Positions 1-13,968 of a DNA stretch of 64,000 nt are shown here, piece after piece. Positions within the stretch are counted from its first letter, which is position 1; each line of letters starts with the position of its first letter. The DNA comes from Trichoplax adhaerens (Eukaryota; Animalia; Placozoa), in assembly GCF_000150275.1 (NCBI RefSeq), contig NW_002060962.1:434001-498000 (forward strand). Reading direction: 5' to 3'. The position numbers and the translations under genes were made by a program. The notes below the pieces were generated by a model, which was not told where the DNA came from, did not search any database, and was given only the letters and a program-made list of their open reading frames with translations.

Positions 1-3000
1 TTCCATCTACGAGACTGTTTTGTGTTCCTTGAGAAAAAATAGACAGAACTACTGGAGTGTTACATCAAGTTTGATCTATTTTTAGTAATTATATTTATAC
101 AAAAAATGTATCCGAATAAGGACTACCGTGGAAAAATATTAAATCAAGTCAGATCGGACAAATATGGTAGACTAGAGAAAAAACCTATGTCCTAATAGTA
201 TTTCAGAAGCTAGGCGCAGACTTTCTTGTTAAGTATACCTAACTAATGGAACTTTGATTTTTAGCATGCTAATCTATGATTTGGGCCGTTTTTCCTATTT
301 AAACGTTGTCCTCGATAGTTTGATACGATTAAAATAATCATTGATAAGTATTACTAAATGGAACTAGATTACTTGATATATGAAGTAGATTGCAATTCAG
401 TAACTGATTTGAGTAAAAAGTCATAGCAAATCATGATGTGCTTAATATTAATTCGAGAACTCTTTTTTGCTGCAATCATAGCATGTCAAAAATTTTGTAT
501 ATATTCAGGTCGGTACATGAAGTATTGTACAGCTATACTGCTAATATCCTTAAAATTAACTTCAGGATAGGCTTTGTGGAATAAATGCCATTATAGAATT
601 AAAGTTATGTCAGCTCTAGTTGTCGAACAGTATTCCATTACCTTCTTTTCTTCTGGAGTTTATGTAGCTATAAGAAATAGGTAGGGAAATTATGACGTGG
701 TCTTTTCGACTATACAGCAAAGGTATGCCTAATTTTAATAGGGCGGGACGCATATTAACGAAATATAACAAAACTGGCTGATTTGGAAGTTACGTTACTG
801 TATATGTTCTATGATTTTAGCTGCCTGATTACACGTACGATTGGCATGAATTGTATGTACTTATACCTATAAATTTAAATAGTTGTAAAGTACACTATTA
901 TAAAACTCGAATTAATTTTTTCGAATATAGCAGCAGCAAAAATATTCAAAATTGTTTTTATATCATGGACTTTAAGTCACATTTACGTTCGTTACGAGGT
1001 CGCTATATTTGTATCTGATGTCATCATTAAGTGATATACGATAGCTACAAACATAATTTTAAACTGGTCATGATTGTACCGTAAATTTTGCATGCTGCAT
1101 GGATAGTTTAAAGAAATGTAATGATATATTTCTAGTATCTGATCTGTAAAAGGATATTTAAGGATGATTTTGGCAGTCATTTAAACTAGTAGTTAGAGAA
1201 GTTGTGCCCTTAAAGAAGGTCTGTGGTATGAATGCAGCAAAGCGCCATAATTTAATTTGGATATTTGCTTACTGAAGTTTATTTGCAGTATTTATCGTAA
1301 CCAACATCATCAATTCATCAGATTATGTTTAAAGTTATTGTTATGGTGACTTGTAACTTTTCAACACATAAATTTAATCGGATAAACTAAAATGATCAAT
1401 AAGAAGCTTTAAAACTTTAAATACAAATGGAATTTACGATACCAAATCTGCCTGTAAAGACCACTTTATAGTTTAAACTGTACATTGAATCCGGTAATGT
1501 TATAGCAAATAGGCAGTATGCGTTTCTTTATTAGAAATTATGACTAGCCCAATTGCATACAAATGAAGTTATTGAATAGCCTTATTACATTAATGACTTA
1601 CCTATCATAGATAAAACTTCCCCAAAGTGACATTAAATGCTTACTAATTCTTTCTTCATGTTCAGTATAATTTAATTTTAAGTTATTGGGTTTAAGTAAT
1701 GGATAACCGAATACATAGGGAATTTCCATAGAATGAGCCACGCCATAATAGCTTGGAAAATAAGTATCACTTTCAGTTCGGTAAGCAAAAACGTACATAT
1801 AAGTAGTAACATAACTAGAATAAAGATTCGCTGTTTCAACAATGGGTTCAGCATAGTAATAATCATTGTATAATTTCTCATATTCAGCACGATTACTAAA
1901 TAATGACGTTTTATTTGTCCAGTCTGTGTATTTATAGATCATGGCTGATAAAGTGACGTTATTGAAATTGGAAAATTGTGCGACTATATTAGTTTTAAAA
2001 GCAGCTCTTGATAGCCCCTTGGTGATATTGGGTAAGGGGGCTAAATACTTGGAACCATCGTTCATATTGCTACCCAGCATAATTTGAACCTTGTTAAATT
2101 GGCCTGAAGAAAGGAGTACCTTAGGATCGTCAGGGATAAATTGGCCGTCAATAACAGGCGTAAAAGCTTGAGGAAATTGAGATAAAATAGCTTCTTGCTG
2201 TTGTGATATTGTACTGATTGATAGAGATTGTAAACATTCAATCGTTAAATTTAATGTATTACGGCTGCAATTAGTAGCGCTTGTAAATTGTTGAAAAATA
2301 ATTTGAGCTTGATTTTTAGTCTTGATAGCGTGGGGTGAGAGTGGTGTACCACTTTGTAGAATGGCAGATGTAAATAATGATCCACTGCTTGGAATAACGG
2401 TGTGTAAACCTACTGAAATTGCTCCAGCTGAACTGCCAACAATCCCAATATCATTACTTCTACCACCAAATCGAACAATATTGTCCTTGATCCATGTTAA
2501 AGCTAATTGTTGATCACGTAAGGCGAGATTAGCTGGAATTTCACTATCAGTATTGCTATCTTGTCCTGAAGTTAAGAAGCCTAAAGCTCCTAACCTATAA
2601 TTAACAGTAACAATCACCATCTCTTCTGTACTTGCTAAAGCAGAAGGATCCCACAGTGATCCACTACCGCAATTAAAATCGCCGTTATGAAACCATACCA
2701 AGACAGATTTATTGCCAGCTACATTAGGGATAGGAGTATAAATATTCAAGTACAAGCAGTCTTCACTGATAGGTTGGCTATTGAGGAGTTCCTTATTATA
2801 GTCTAGACAGTTCCATTTTGAGGAATATTGCGGGCACGATGATTTATAATATGTCGCATTGTATATGCCTTGCCAATTCTGTGTCCACGGCAAGGCTGGT
2901 TTAAATCTCAAATTATTGGTTGGTGGTTGAGCATAGCGAATGCCAAGGAATGAATGAATATCGCCATTTAAGATATGGCTGACTTTGCCTTGTACTAGGC

Positions 3001-3100
3001 CATGATTTGTAACGACAAAAGAAGTCGTACTAGCAAGATTTGATTTATTCAAGACTAGTATCAAGAATAGGGTTAAGGCTAAATTGTATCTATTCATCAT
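1..3100 (-). CDS. Carboxyl/cholinesterase-family protein CCE1. Exon 1 is 3100-1602; a putative exon 2 starts at 27 and runs off the window.
   Basis: Signal peptide; FLGIRYAQPP, SEDCLYLNIY and VTVNYRLG motifs; nucleophile GSSAG, acid GSNMNDG, His GVAHSME. Phase-2 donor AG|GTAAGT at 1601. Candidate acceptor ttttttctcaag at 28 gives in-frame RNTKQSRRW, but this exon is tentative. Confidence 0.9.
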
Positions 3101-4385
3101 TGAGGAGAACTTTAAAATTTAAAAATCTATGGAAACAAATGTAGTTACTGTCTGCGAATATTGGCGACTGTGCTTTAAGATTTTTAAGATTTAAGTTTTT
3201 CTTGAACGGGCAAAAGGTTAAAAATTATAACTTGAAAATATTTTTGTTCAGTCCGATATTTTTTCTTGGATATGTCCTACCAATCGCGATAACAGAATAA
3301 ACAGAAGGCAAGACTTGTACAGTATAATAGAGATCAATCCCGATCATAAGGCCATCGAAATTAATAAAAATCAGTAATGTAAATGGATTACAATTGGTTG
3401 TAGATTTTTACTGAGGGTAATTTATTCTGACTAGGGAAAAAGAAAATGATTTTTTGGGGGGGAATCTCAAAAAATGAATAGATCAGAACATAAATTACCT
3501 TGTAGCTTCTGGCTTGACCTCTATATCAATTCTGAATAGCTAAATATCAGCGTTTCGAGTAAGGTATTAATAACAGAGGATTACAACTGGACTAGTCATA
3601 TAAGATTGGTCCCAAATAAATCATCGATCTTATAACCTGAAATTAATGATGAGACTAAAGGCAATATTTCCAACTTTATGCCCGGTTGCGTCAATTTTGT
3701 TGGTCAGCGCCTGCTATTTAGAATGGACAATAAATGTTTGTAGGCCGAAAGTACTGAAATTGAATTATTGGCAGTTATATATAGTCTTCTACAGTTTAAT
3801 GCTATTTGAAAGTCATCTACAGTTAAGCTTTTAGTAGAATAGAGAGACAAGGAGATGATAGCACCACTTTCAATTGGTTCCATGGTAAATAATACGCGTA
3901 TACAAAAGGTTTTTAAAGTTTTATCAATCTGCACTAAAATGATGGATGCCTTTTTTAAGAAAAGTTTTATTCCTTTGTTCTTTTATTACTTATACTCTAA
4001 CTCTTTTAGATCTAAAACAAAAATAACCAGTTTCTAAAGGAAATTTAGTTGTCAATCTGATCTCTCAATAACATTCAATTCTTAGACGTTATTGAAAGAA
4101 GACGTTTCTCTATTCAATTTTATATCATGAATGTTATGATTACTTACTGTAGAAGAAGGCATGTTTCCTATTCACTTGCCTTAAGAAATCATATCAAGTA
4201 ACATCAAATTACGTATAAACGACTTTAGAATTATTTTACAAAGAATCAATCAATAAATTAATAAGATTAACGTCGTCATCCTTAACGAATAGCCTAATAA
4301 TATTCTTAATGGAAGAAGTAAATGTTTACTTACTTTCTTATGCTTTGAATACCAAAAATACCTACAAAATATTGACATAGATAAA

Positions 4386-4708
4386 TAACAGACTATCAGC
4401 CACAATGATAGCGATATCTTTCTACTTTGAACTTGTCCGTAGGTATAGTTATCTTTAATAGAAGTTTAAGATATCATCGATGTATAATTTATGATCACCA
4501 ATGTTGGCTATAACTAAGTTTAAGGTTAATAACATGTGCTAAATGATTAACAGTCTATAAGCCACAATGATAGCGATATCTTTCTACTTTTGAGCTTGTC
4601 GGTAGGTATAGCTATCTTTAATGGAGGTTTCAGATATCCTTTATGTATAATTGATGATTACTAATGGTGGTTACAACTAAGTTTAAAGTTAATGACACGT
4701 GCTAAATG
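4386..4708. repeat. Tandem duplication, 2 copies of ~162 bp
   Basis: gccacaatgatagcgatatctttctacttt...gtgctaaatg occurs at ~4399 and ~4561 with scattered substitutions. Confidence 0.9.
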
Positions 4709-6342
4709 TTGGATATAATTTTTAAATTTGATCATGGTGATGTGTCATGCTATCTATATTATTCTGCATTGGAAAATTTCTTCAGAATGATCTGGTTATA
4801 AGTTCAATGTCCAAAATATTGATATACGAGTCATGTAAAAATTATCAATGTTAAAGCTAGCTATACTCTGATATTAGATAATGTATAAGAGTATATGCTG
4901 GATGCCCGTATACATCCTTAGTTGCATTGTATACTCTAATTCACATCTTGCATGGAGAATATTTTACTTTATGACATAATCTTTAATTCATCCATCCGCA
5001 GAATTTTCTTGACTGTTAACGTAAGTGAAGTACGTCTTCATCTTTATCTACTTATATAATATGTGGAAATATAATTTTTTATAAAAATTTCGAAACTATT
5101 TAATCATGATATTCTCTACTGAATATCTTTGATACGATCGTGGGCCAGAGAGTAAAATGTAGTCATAATTTCCAATATTATCATTACTTTGAATATACTG
5201 TATAATTATTTATTTGCATCTATTTCGTAATAGCAGAGCTTTTTGTATGCTATAACAAATAAATTAATTGAAGAATGATTGGTAACTAGTTAGCAATATC
5301 TATATTCTGCATACATAAACTCGCTGAGAAGCGTAGAAAAGTGAAGAAGTATTTTGAACTGGTACGATTACCTTGATATTAAATGAATTCCATTCTCTTT
5401 CAGTTATGAAATAATACTATGGAGAGATTGAATTAGAATGATCCATTTTTGCTTCAGTGGAGGAAAAACATCATGAAGGAAATATGAATCATCAACGAAT
5501 CGATCGGCTATCATTATTGACGTTATATTATACGCGTATGGCGAGATTTTAATAGTGAGAAAGCTGTGCAGTTGAAAAACTGCACAACCACTGGAAATAC
5601 GACGTTCAGTAATAATGAATTTCTACTCAGTTTCTCGACTGATTTATATACAGTAAATCTTATAGATATTATTGATATCGCAATTAACGCTTGAGTCAGA
5701 GTTTAGCCAACATTTTACAGCATCTTTAGCAGGCTTTGCTTGAGTAAAAGTCCATTTTCTTGCGTTAGTGCATGAACTACTAGAAAGAAACTTTGTAGTA
5801 GTCCCGGGATTAGAGTTTAGGCAACATTTTATCAGGACGGCTACCATGGGCTACTCAACTAAGAATTCTCTCTCAAAAAGCCGCACTATCAACATTTCAC
5901 TTCTATACACAATTCATCCCACCAAATCCTTGTGTATTTTTAGTATCATTAGTAGTGGGTAAAATTTTAAACTCAAGTTAAAACTGAAGTTTAAAATTTT
6001 ACCTCTACTACTGCTTGGAAGTGAAAATCTTTCGAGCACCATTTGCATTTTGAGGGAGAATTCTTAGTAGAGTAGTGATTGTACAACGCATACGTCTAGT
6101 AGAGCACAGGATATAGACTACACTAGTTCTCGACAGTACAGTAGTACTGTGAGCGAGGATCGCGTTCGATCGTCGTCGGACAGGACGAGACACTGGACGG
6201 TGGGTAGGCGACTACCTGACGGGTGGACGGAAGAGTGGACGCGTACATCAATTCATCAACCAACTCCAGGAGAGAGCGATTGGGAAGCCATCAACTGCCT
6301 TCGTCTAGCTTGATAGCAGTGGAGACATTCGATGCATTCATC

Positions 6343-9300
6343 ATGATATCGGTTAAATACCTTTTAATTACTGCTGGGTTGATTATGCTACTGAGATCAT
6401 ACTCTTCCTGGTTTAATTATGGCGTTACGCAGATCAATGGCAAAACTTCCAGTCAGGTCTGTTCTGAAGATCGTCTCGATAGGATGTAGGATGTAGTACA
6501 TGCTTTGGTGGATTAGCTAATGGAGGATAGTAACACCGACCGATTATAATTAGTATAAATTGAAATCGGAGTCGATACCGTTAAGCTAGCCATCGTTAAT
6601 TACTACACTATATGCATTAATACTAGTATCTATCATTAGCAAATGAGTAAATCGATTTATCAATCAATCAATCGCTGCTAACGTAATCGAGATCTAGCCA
6701 TAATTGTGCATGATCCTATGTCTTAAATGCAGTTAATCGTATCCATTATAACTAAATATTAACACTGGATACTCCTTGCTTGAATGATTCTCAGGGTGTG
6801 ACCAATAAAAACGTCTTGGATCGAAAACTTGTCACCACCAAGACAAAATCTCAAGATATCATAAGAGAACATGGCCAATATCATGGTGATACACAAAAGA
6901 AATCCAATTCTGATCTTTTCATCTTGGGCTATGTTACTCCTGTAAGTTCACTGTTTACAATGTCTTAAAGTAGATCAGATTGCTGGAGATTATACTGTCA
7001 TGATTTCAGCAATCACAGTAGTTTGCGTGTATCAAGGATAGCAATACTTTACAGTAAAACTGTGTGATGTAGGAATAGTCGATTTAATCTAATGAAGGAA
7101 TTGTCGATTGTGTTAGTGTAAGGAAACGGCACACTTGTGCTATTCGTACTATGTGCCTGAATTTTGAGTTGCTCCATAGCAAACTTAAGAGCTAATACCT
7201 ATCTATGCATATGTAGTATTATATAATAACAATGCATAAATAAAATTAATAAATTAATGAGTACAAGTCAATAATGAATCAGTCTACTTGCATTAATATA
7301 CGCGTATGCTATAAAAGTAACTCTTTTATAATAACATATCTAATCCATTCTTATACTCGTACATATATTAATAATATATATATGCTTATATGCTAATAGT
7401 GGAATAACCATGGCTACGATGTGGCTAAATTATTCAATGGCAAGATCGCTGTTATATCACCCGTTTGGTTACAGATCAAGCGCAAGTAAGTAAAATTCAT
7501 TTTGTAGCTTGGCACAATAGTCGGTTTACTTGCACTCAGTTAATGCTTTCTATCTATTACTTCATATTATGCACGTGGGTGCACATTTGGTTAATGTCAC
7601 TAAATTATTTCAACTGTTAATTACATATATTGTAAAATACGTACCTATCTACCTATATTAAAAGGAAAAGTTATATTTGCATAGACATGTTGAAAGCGCA
7701 CCTTAAGAAATAAGTGTACCAGTGTCTCGTTAGACATCAGCAACTAAATAGCCACAGTATGCATACTGCAATATACTGTATAAACACTAGATACGTATAT
7801 ATTTAGGGTTAACTAAAGAAGATATATGTACTATTGATAAACGACAATAAAGTACACTACCTATCAACTATAGACAAATAATTAACGGTCCGATGTAGCT
7901 ACCACGGAAAGTAAGACGTAATTTGAATACAACTTTATTCGTTGTGTGCAATTACATCACCGTTGTTAATAGCATAGGCTGCACGTATGTATAATTCTAG
8001 TATTATTGATTAGTCTTAAACTTATGACATTCTCATAAAATTTGCTACTTTTTTTAATTGAAAGAGGAAATGGTGCGTTCTATATGACCGGTGATCATGA
8101 CATTGATAAAGGATGGATAGCAGATGTCACACAAAATTCAACGACACAGATATGTAAGTAAAATTGGCTGGTAGTCAAATTACTATAACATAGTGCCCAT
8201 ATTTATAGTACTGGCGAAACAGGCAAAAATATATTGCCGTCATTACTGTGGTGGACTAGGGTACATTCATAGGGCTTAAGTGGGTAGTAGTCCATTTTAA
8301 AGTAGACATGTTAGCAATTATTAGCAGCATAGCTAATTTCTTTTAGGTGCTGTATCCATTTAAAGATTCGTAAATATTGTGTTTGCTAGTTCCTAGGATT
8401 CTTTTTGATGGGTGGACTGTACAACAATATTCTAACCTCTTTAAAGACGAAAAAGCAATGAAAAAACTTGGAAAATATATGGCAACGTTTTTAAAGGTAA
8501 CTTTTAGAATTAGTTGGAGTACCAACACCGAACGTATAGTGTTGTACACCTTGTCGTATTAGTTTTGCGATGGTACTGATGGTAGTATACAGCGTGTTTA
8601 CCAAGTCTCTACATACTTTACTGAAAATATATGTATATATTATTGCTATGTGTTGCAGCAGTTTTTGCACGCTGATATAAAGCACTGTATTTGTACGTCA
8701 GTTTAAGTCACATTTATTTCATTTTTATTTATATAAAGACAGTTGTAATACACTGTACTATCACTTATTTAAATTTTTATACAGAAAAATCAATTCTCCG
8801 GAGGCGTTATTGAAATATGGAGTCAACTCGGTGGTTACTTTAAAAAGTAAAATTTGAAATTATTATCCATTCTAGTTCATCAAGAATTATATTCATATCC
8901 TTGTAACAACTATACCTAATGTGAATCTATGGTGTTCAATTTAGCGATTTACTAGATTTGACGATACATCTAGCAAATACTTTCCATGCTGAAAATTTAA
9001 AAATCGTTTTGGTTATTCCTCCGCCTATCTATAAAAAGTTTGCTGTAGATAAATGGAATTATGACTAAAAATTTAATAAAATTTTTCATGGAATAATATT
9101 AACCATCATTATCTTATGTACCAATTCAAGTGATCTTGATGGCACTTTTCGGAAAAGTGATTTTGAAGTATTAGCACCGTATGTCGATTATTTTAGTCTG
9201 ATGACGTACGATTATTCTTCTCCTCAAAGGTAGGATAACGTTTATTACTGTATCTATAGAGGAATGCTTCATGAAAATATTGAAGGATTGTTTTACTTTA

Positions 9301-10147
9301 GATCAGTAATAAACCGGAACCCAATGATTTCAACTGTTCTTAAGCTTTCTATCAACTTCTATTTCAATTAGTCCCGGACCAAATTCACCAATTGCTTGGG
9401 TAAGAAAATGTATCAAACTATTGGTGCCAGATGAGGGGCCATCTAGATCGAAAATATTAACTGGACTAAACTTTTATGGCAATGATTATTCTACAACTGG
9501 AGGTGGACGTAAGTATTTGATACTATAAGTTGTTTGCATTATTTCCTTAAGCTTACCATGTGTACGATTTCTAAAGCCATCATAATGTATACGTTAATAT
9601 TTCGCTCATATTTAATCAAATTTCCTCTTGCGATATATTTCCATAGCCATCATAGGTCCAGGGTAAGTTAAACTGAAATCAACGACGACCCTGTTGTCAT
9701 CACTCGTATATACGTATGTACTGTAATATTGAACTACATGATGCTACTATCATCCTATGGTAGGTATATTGACATTTTAACTAAGAATAAGCCTAAAATA
9801 AAATGGAATTCAAAAATTGCTGAACATATAATAGAGTACAAGAAGCAGTAAGTAAATATATTTAACCAAGAAATAATATATAGCTGTTAAGTTGGGCTAG
9901 GAAATAACGAGTTAACTTATTTTTCATGTTGTAGCGGTGTCTCTCATTCCGTCTATTACCCATCGCTAAAGGTCGGTTTTTGCAATACCATAAATTGAGT
10001 TATACAAGAATTAAATAGCGAATAAACTATCTCACTTTACACTTTTAGTCAATACAAGCTCGCGTGGATCTTGCTAAGAAATTAGGAACTGGTATTTCAA
10101 TTTGGGAATTGGGCCAAGGATTAGATTTTTTCTACGATTTGTTGTAA
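6343..10147 (+). CDS. CHID1: Chitinase domain-containing protein 1 (GH18-like, SI-CLP), multi-exon
   Basis: Spliced exons give the signal peptide [17 protein letters not shown], then ILGYVTP|[66 protein letters not shown], and the C-terminus [18 protein letters not shown], all typical of CHID1. Confidence 0.95.
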
Positions 10148-10695
10148 GGATTTAAGACATTATTATGATCAATCTCGCTCTTCTACTGTTGTTGCATTAG
10201 CAATGCCAATTACCCTAAAATCCAGAAACATTTTAAAAAATTCTTCACTGTTTATTATCAAGAGTTTTTGAAATAATATTAGTTAGATATTGTATTTAAG
10301 AAAAATACACCAAAGTTGAAAAGTAAACAACACGGTTTCAGCCACATCTGATAAATGTATTGACTGTTGTATAATATTAGCTAACGAATTTCTTAAATTC
10401 TGGAAAGCATTTTCAGACACTTACATTATAACATTCACATATTTTTATTGTAGTACTATAGCACTTTAAACTTTAAGTTAGTAAGATACTTTGAATTCGT
10501 AATAAATGAGCTATTAAGTGAAATATGAAAGCTTTTCAATCTGTATAAACTCCTGCCATATTGAGAAAGATAAATTAGCATATTTAAGATGGAATAATAA
10601 TCTTCATAAAGTATACGATTACCATAAAGCCTTTATAATACCATTAAAAGCAATCACATTTAAAAGATAGTAAATTAAAATCAAGAAGAATTCAA

Positions 10696-12775
10696 CTATA
10701 ACTCATCTGATGGCCTAGGCGTATCTACTCGTGTGGTTTCTTTAATTTTTTTCGGCTTTGGTAGTATTACTTTCGTTTCTTTGGAATCTTTACTAGTTGG
10801 CGGGTATTCATAAAACTCTTCAATAAATTCTTCCTCGAAGACTGTTGGTTCTTGGAGTGCTTCCGTTAGTATTGGTATCATACTATTCCAGAATGCAACG
10901 TTATTCGCTCGCCTTCGTTGTCGCAATTCTACGTTTTCACCAATATAGTAATAGAATTGTGTCTTGTTATCGTACGGTAGCCATTCATTTTCAAGCGAGG
11001 GAAAAGCCGGTTTTCTACAAACAGAGAATTTAACTCATAAACTTTAATCAAATTTTATCCTTTAGTAGATGAGCACTAACTATATATGATACGTAGTAAC
11101 ATGCAATTTTATTAATTAGATCATAGTTCAAACTGCTAGGGCAGATCGCTATAGTCTTCAAGAATAAAAATTAATGTCATCCCTAACAAGCTATTTTGTA
11201 GGGTTCACACTGCTACTATCGAGTCCGTAAATATTCGCATTCAACTTACCCCGCTTTAATAAAATTACCCCATAAATTCATCTTTAATTTACTGACAATT
11301 TTATCTTTGAAAGAATATTTATCTCGAATGTGAAATGGCTGCTCGAATGGGTAACCAAATAAATACGTTAATTCCATAGTTTTAGCAACACCTTGCTCAG
11401 GTTTAAAATAATCTGACTCTTTGGTACGAAAATCAAAGTGGTATTGATACGTAGTTACTCCAAACTTCGAAAATTGATTAGCAGCATATGCAGCCGGGGC
11501 AATAGCATAAGCATCAGATAGACAAGCAAACAAGCTTTCCCGATATTGAGTACGATTATAAGGATGGTAATGATCTTTATACTGGAACTTAATTGCCTCT
11601 CTTATTGGATCTGCATATTGACTAAAGATGATATCAATGGATTTCTGGTAAACTTTCTCATCGATACCGCCATCACTAATAAACTTATTAATTTCTTGCA
11701 AATAGTATAGACCTTCATCGGAAACCGTACCGATCATGACCTCATCCAAATGGAATTCTCCTGCTTCCATTTCCATCTTAGTATCATTTTCGAACATATT
11801 TTTATGATTTACTAAATTGAAAGGCATAAAATGCTTCAGTAAAAGTGTGCTTTGGGCTGCCATGATACGGTCAGTAGATTTCGACATTAAACATTCTAAT
11901 ATGACTGATTTGGTGCTATTAGGACAATTTAATTCAGTCAGCATCGTATTTAATATTTGTGTAGAACGATTTAGGTCTAAATGAGCACCGCCAGTGGTAA
12001 GTGCAGTGCCACTCATTAAGATTGCTCTAGAGAAATAGCGTTTATAATCTGGGTTATATTTTCTCATCAAGATATGATAGCCAACAGCCATAGCACCAGC
12101 AGAGTTACCGCCTAATGTTATTTGATTGGGATCACCACCATAATCGTCGATATTATTATATACCCACTTCAAGGCGACCATTTGGTCTAGGAAACCTAAG
12201 TTAGGCTCAATAACGATCTCACGATTTTTGTCATCGAAACCTGTTAAAAATCCAAACGCTCCTAATCGAAAATTGAAAGTTATCACAACTATATTCTGAT
12301 GCTGAGAAAGAACCTGACCTTGCCAATTAGCTCCGCTACTAAATTCGAGGGCTCCCTCGTGAACAAATAGAAAGACTGGTAATTTTCGATCGGTTTGAAT
12401 GTTCGGCGTGTAAATATTTAAATATAAGCAGTCTTCACTTTGTTGTGCTTCATCACTTCTTGGATCAACACGATGACTAAATGGGTAGTGATTGAAAATC
12501 TGAGGACAAGAAGGTTTAAATCGTGCTAAAACCATTTCCTTTTTCCATGCTACTATCGGCTTCGGTGGTTGAAAGCGTAAATCGCCAACAGGTGGTAAGG
12601 CATAAGGTACACCTAAAAATCGATAATGCGGCTTACCAAGGACTTCTGTTTTTATGCCCTTGATAGGGCCAAGCTTAGTTTCTAATGATACAGCTGAAAC
12701 CCAAGCATTATCAATGATTGATAGTAATATTAGTACTATCACGAAATTTAGATTTAACGATTTTAAAGATATCAT
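10696..12775 (-). CDS. CCE2, carboxylesterase-like; catalytic His replaced by Lys; C-terminal SDEL (exons 12775-11250, 11014-10696)
   Basis: Signal peptide, GNSAG, GTVSDEG, and GVAKTMEL where paralogs have GVxHSME. Donor GG|GTAAGT at 11249, acceptor tttgtag at 11015. Exon 2 reads KPAFPSLENEWLPY...VAFWN...RPSDEL*. Confidence 0.92.
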
Positions 12776-13968
12776 ATCCGATCAACAATAATCAACATGG
12801 ATAATAATTTTTATGATTACTCAATATTTTGTGAAAACGCTCGTTTTATACGATTCTTTTAAATTACATTATACATTACCAAAATGACTCAATGTCTCAA
12901 CTTGACAATAGGGAAAAGCAAAATAGAATATGATTACGTTAAGAATAAATATGTTAATGATGAGGAGTTCAGACACCATTGATATTATAATAACGTGACC
13001 GAAGTAACAATTCGTAGACTGCAAAAAATTGAGTCGCCATAGTGATTGGTGGGGCAATGAATGCATCGTAAGAAGATGAAAGGTTAACACCGACTGCTAC
13101 ACTGAATTTGATGAGTTAGATGTTGTTATTGCTGGTATAAACGTTTTTGAAAATGTTGATTCTATTATACAAGCTGTGAGCTTATGTTTATAAAGTGTAT
13201 AATCAATACTTGGGCTGAAATTTCACTTATAAAACAGGAGAGGTTATATTATGATTAAAGTTGGTCACTTTCTAGTCACTCCAGTGGAGCCAATTATTAC
13301 TTATTGCAAACTAAATTGTTATCAAATATCAGTAATAACAGCAATTAAATACTATAGCTTTGTAGAGTAGCGGCAACGATTCTAATGACCACATCATACT
13401 AATGGAGCTTTAGGAAGGTTATAATTGGCGATCGTTGCATTTATGGAAAACATCGAATAAGACCTGGCTATAATGGACTTACTGATGTTAATGGAACTTG
13501 CAGTTACATTAGAATGTGCAGTTATTTACCAGGGTTAAGTTAATACATTGACAGTATTTTGATAATACCTAAGTAATTAAATCAGGAGGTATTTTCTGAA
13601 TGTGAAAGCATCAGTACTAGCGTTGAGCTTTGCAATGATTACACATAAATGATTCAAACAACATTCATTTTTATTTTAGTGAAATTAAAGTATCGTTAGC
13701 GAATATAACTTGAATAAATAAAGCCATATTAAAATAGGATAATTAAATATGCACAAATAAGTTTGCGTTTTATTTGACTTAGCTATCATAGGGTTTCGAT
13801 AAGAATGCAACATTATATGTAAGTTGTAGTTGGAATTATGAAATGTGTAATAAATTATTTTCCTGCGAGATTACAAGCTATGCAGTTTAAATTACGAATC
13901 ATGTAAATTAGTAGTGCCTATACTTTTAGCTAAAGCTTTGATTTTAATACAATAATAGTTGGTTATTC

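Noticed and set aside
5644-5847. 67-aa minus-strand ORF with an internal 21-bp repeat (IKCCLNS / VKCWLNS)
   Set aside because: No recognisable domain or signal peptide; more likely UTR or intergenic sequence.
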